NCBI GenBank assembly: GCA_965603825.1
Contig: CBFDEM010000052.1
Coordinates: 558,001-622,000 of the forward strand
Reading direction: 5' to 3'
Length of the DNA: 64,000 nt
Origin: Blepharisma stoltei ATCC 30299
Lineage: Eukaryota > Protista > Ciliophora
Shown here piece after piece: positions 60,665 to 64,000 of the stretch. Made by a program: the position numbers and the translations under genes. The notes under the pieces are model-generated. The model saw only the letters and a list, made by a program, of their open reading frames with translations, had not been told where the DNA came from and did not search any database. Every line of letters begins with the position of its first letter. Positions within the stretch are counted from its first letter, which is position 1.

Positions 60665-61363
60665 ATGGCAGACAACACTGTAAAAGTTCACGGAGTCATT
60701 CTTTCGCCTCCTGTTAGGGCTGTCCTCATATTTTGTCAACTTCATAGCATTCCTATCGAATTCCTTGATGTTGATATGGCCCACGGTGCTCATAAGTCTC
60801 CAGAATATTTAGCAATTAATCCTTACGGCTTGGTTCCTGCCATTACTCATGGAGACTTCCATTTGGGTGAGAGTGGAGCAATTGTCTACTATTTAGCTGA
60901 AGCTTTTCACATAGACAGCCAATGGTTCCCTGCAGACCTCCAACAGAAAGCTAAAATCAACTCATCACTCCATTGGCATCATACCAATACTGTGAAAAAT
61001 ATTATCCCTTATACCTACAATAAGGTCATTGCTCCTATGTTTTTGGGAAAACCTCCAGTTACTCCTGAGTTTGAAGCTGAGCTTATTGCAAATGCACGCA
61101 CATTCCTTAAATCCCTTGACGATTTATTCGCGACTGGGGTTTACATTGCAAGAACCGCTCACCCAACTTACGCAGATGCTCTATTGTATTGCTTTGTCAG
61201 TCACTTGGAATTGGTTTCGTTTGATTTCAGTGCTTATCCAGCCCTTAATAGATGGAGAGATGAGCTAGGTGCAATTCAAGCTGTAAGAGAAGTGCATGAG
61301 CCATTCAGACAAATCGTAGCACGCATTGTTCAAAAATCCCAAGCTCCTCAGCCCTCAGCATAA
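60665..61363 (+). CDS. Glutathione S-transferase, theta class
   Basis: SPPVRAV, INPYGLVPAI, ESGAIVYYL, LHWHH, TYAD. Confidence 0.93.
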   Translation: MADNTVKVHGVILSPPVRAVLIFCQLHSIPIEFLDVDMAHGAHKSPEYLAINPYGLVPAITHGDFHLGESGAIVYYLAEAFHIDSQWFPADLQQKAKINSSLHWHHTNTVKNIIPYTYNKVIAPMFLGKPPVTPEFEAELIANARTFLKSLDDLFATGVYIARTAHPTYADALLYCFVSHLELVSFDFSAYPALNRWRDELGAIQAVREVHEPFRQIVARIVQKSQAPQPSA

Positions 61364-61530
61364 TTTATTCTAATTAAAACTTAAATTGCAATTGAAATTA
61401 GCATCAAGCTGAATTAAAAATCTGTCTAGTTTCTCTACTCAAAAGAAAAACCTGAAAATGAGTAAATGTAAGTGATATATAATCTCAATCTATTTGAAAA
61501 GAGAGGGATTATAATATAAATAATACATAA

Positions 61531-62097
61531 ATGCTGAAAAGATTATTTTCTTCAGTACCTTCGATATTAAAACTAGAAGAAGTAGTTAATCTCTCAGCTC
61601 TCGAAAAAGAAACCCCAGAATCAATTACTTCACTCTGAAATAACTACCATCAAAAAGCACCTGACATGGTTTCTGCTGTGATTTCTTCAGGCGATCTTGA
61701 AAAACTTAACTCCAGAGTCACTGAAAGCTCAATCTTCCTTTTCCCAATAAGACGGAAAAATGAGCACTTCTTGATGATTTCGCAATCTGTGCAGAGATTG
61801 GCTGTGTTCTCAAATTTTGATGAATTTGAAAAAAACCCTGAAGAATGCAAGTCAAATCTGATGATAACTTTTTTTGATGAGCTGGAAAAATCGAAAGGTA
61901 TTGTTCCTGTGAAAGGAGATATGATGGATGATTATCTTAGTAAGCCTGAATGTGAAATGCTATTAAAGAGCTACTTAGACTATTACCTTCTTGATCATCT
62001 TTATCATGCTCATATATATAAGTTCAACTCAGATCCAGAAACTTTTAACCATTCGGAATACATCAACAGCTTTTTCTCTAGGTTTAATAAAGAATAA
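61531..62097 (+). CDS. ATP11: Mitochondrial F1-ATPase assembly chaperone Atp11, 188 aa
   Basis: Presequence MLKRLFSS; KLEEVVNLSALEKETPESITSL-W(TGA)-NNYH, FLFPIRR, KGIVPVKG, FNSDPETF. Confidence 0.85.
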
Positions 62098-62630
62098 TAA
62101 GAGATTATGATGCAATCAATCTTTAGAATTTTTTATTCATATAATAGAGGTCGTTGAAATAGTCTGAGACAAGTTGCTGTAGAGGCTAAGATTCAAAATT
62201 ATTAAACAATTCAGCCAATAAATGCCCTTTATAGCCTAAACATTTGTAAGTTAATAAGATTATTTTAGAGATCTTGTTCATATTTTGAAGAGCTATTTAT
62301 CTGGTTTTGTTTAGAAGCATTGTTTGCTATAAAAATTGAATCTTAATGTTTATATAATCATTAGAAATGACGATTAAATCTCAATAATAATAAGTAATTA
62401 GCTAGTCATAATAATGAATGCAATTTAAAAGAGATTTGATACTTATGTAGCTTCACAATGAAAGCTTTGTCTTAGGAAGCTACTATAAAGGTCTAACCCT
62501 TTTTTGTTTCTCATGATGGCTTGAGTTTTTTGACAGATTCTTCATTTCAAAATTGTGCTCTATAGCAATATATTTACTTTAATATAAAAATCTAATCAAT
62601 CACAGCTTTCAAATTGAAAGGAATTGTACA

Positions 62631-62828
62631 TTATTTATTGCAAAGTTTCCTCCTCTTTTGTTTTATAAGATCATCAATAAACTTCAATAGATCTTCTCTC
62701 TGCTTAAGCTCATCTTCTAAGTTTTTTATGTCAGCAGCTACGAGTTCTAATCTATGCTTTAGATCTTCTATAGAGAGTCTCGAAAGCTTTTTTTTAAGTT
62801 CATCATATGATTCTCCTTTGACCTCCAT
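62631..62828 (-). CDS. Small coiled-coil hypothetical protein, 65 aa
   Basis: ATG..TAA ORF with heptad pattern; no recognisable domain. Confidence 0.5.
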   Translation of the reverse strand: MEVKGESYDELKKKLSRLSIEDLKHRLELVAADIKNLEDELKQREDLLKFIDDLIKQKRRKLCNK

Positions 62829-64000
62829 ATATAACTGCAACTATTTATGAAAATTATTAAATTTCATCAAAGCTTTAAAATCCCATAAACTACTTTTTAG
62901 AAGTATTGAGAAGGATACAAATATTCGCAATTATAAGCATCTTTAAGCTTAGAAGTGCTTCTTGTATTATTAACTGCTGATGATAATATTTTTTATATAA
63001 ACAGCTAATGTAGTTTGCTTGTATTTGAATCTATAAAAATAAATAATAATTCAAATATAGCTTTGGAATGCTCAAACTTATGTTGATTTAATGCTATAAA
63101 CTAATTTTAGACATTGAATATAGGCAGCCATACAAAATTCATTTCATCCAGCCCAATATAATCTTCAAGTTTTGTGCTTTAAACTGCTGCTGATACTATA
63201 AGAAATAGAAATGAAGCCATCATGCAAAATAATTAATTAGCAATTTTACTACCAACAATTTATTCGGTTTTTAGCATTAGCGTATTAATTGATAATAATA
63301 TTTTATTAGAATTAAAACTTTGAGAAATTGATGGAGAAACTGGAGAAGGAATTGAAAAAGAAATCGTAGAATGGAGAAAGAAAAAATAGAAACGGTTTTA
63401 ATTTTTAGAATAATAAATAAAAAAACGGACGCAATCAAAGAATTTCATAAAGTGATCCTATGAGAGAAAGAAGATACCAATGAGAGATGGAGCAAAAGAA
63501 GAGACTGACCCAGCATGAAGTATAAGCAGCAAAAAGAAAAGAAGCTGGGAATATGAATGGGCTAAGGCAGGCTGGTATAGAGTATTTCTAAAATAAATCC
63601 TTAAGGTCATAAATTCCCTGATCAATGAATGAATGATAAGTTATGCCTAGTTAAATCAGCAAAAATATTTCATTATTTTAAAGCTGAGTAAATTAGTATG
63701 CAAATTAAAATGGTTATCAATTAAATAAATCCCTAAATATCACATTATTTTCTAGCTTTAAAATTGTGATTTTCTCCATTACATTTTAAAAATATTGGTT
63801 TTATGAGATGATTTTTTAAATAAATAGCTTAATTTAAAAAAAGAATTTAAGGAAGAGCATTTTAATTAGCATCTACATTAATATTTTGTTACACAATTTT
63901 ATCATATTTTTTAATCAAAATGCAGCTTTGATCTCTTTGATATTTTATATTACGACTGCTATATTTTAATATCTCTGTGCCTTTCTAAGGTTACTGGTTA

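Noticed and set aside
1-64000. Mass pseudogenisation or selenocysteine as the explanation for in-frame TGA
   Set aside because: TGAs fall at Trp columns and swap with TGG in paralogs; none sits in a redox Cys motif; TAA/TAG do not interrupt genes outside introns.
1-64000. Mycoplasma or mitochondrial origin (also UGA=Trp), CRISPR arrays, operons
   Set aside because: Spliceosomal introns, Pol III 5S gene and nuclear eukaryotic genes (importin, proteasome, CDK1); no repeat-spacer array seen.

Overview
AT-rich, gene-dense eukaryotic DNA, not prokaryotic. The supplied ORF track is fragmented for two reasons. (1) TGA is a sense codon for Trp: I count about 60 in-frame TGAs, many at invariant Trp positions and three swapped reciprocally with TGG between tandem paralogs, while TAA/TAG remain stops. 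(2) Genes carry 15-16 nt GT..A.....AG spliceosomal introns (9 found). This combination points to the somatic (macronuclear) genome of a heterotrich ciliate, most likely Blepharisma, and the 5S rRNA gene is consistent with that. Re-translation gives about 43 protein-coding loci and one dispersed 5S rRNA gene, with intergenic gaps as short as 8-45 nt. Recognisable genes: importin-beta, SLC35F-type transporter, ChAPs/exomer adaptor, Myb, CDK inhibitor, RBR E3, thiolase, USP, PKG, PDE, DBP5, CDK1, PSMB3, PAM18, TMEM138, ERCC1, GST, ATP11. Most notable: a run of apparently catalytically dead enzyme homologs (pyruvate kinase, kinesin motor, two tandem CDPKs of which one is frameshifted, a GBP GTPase, a NYN nuclease), a B-box/NYN/OHA/LOTUS RNA-processing protein, a bacterial-type D-Ala-D-Ala carboxypeptidase and two candidate structured ncRNAs. 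No CRISPR array, tRNA or recognisable transposon was seen. All family assignments are by eye from motifs, with no database search.
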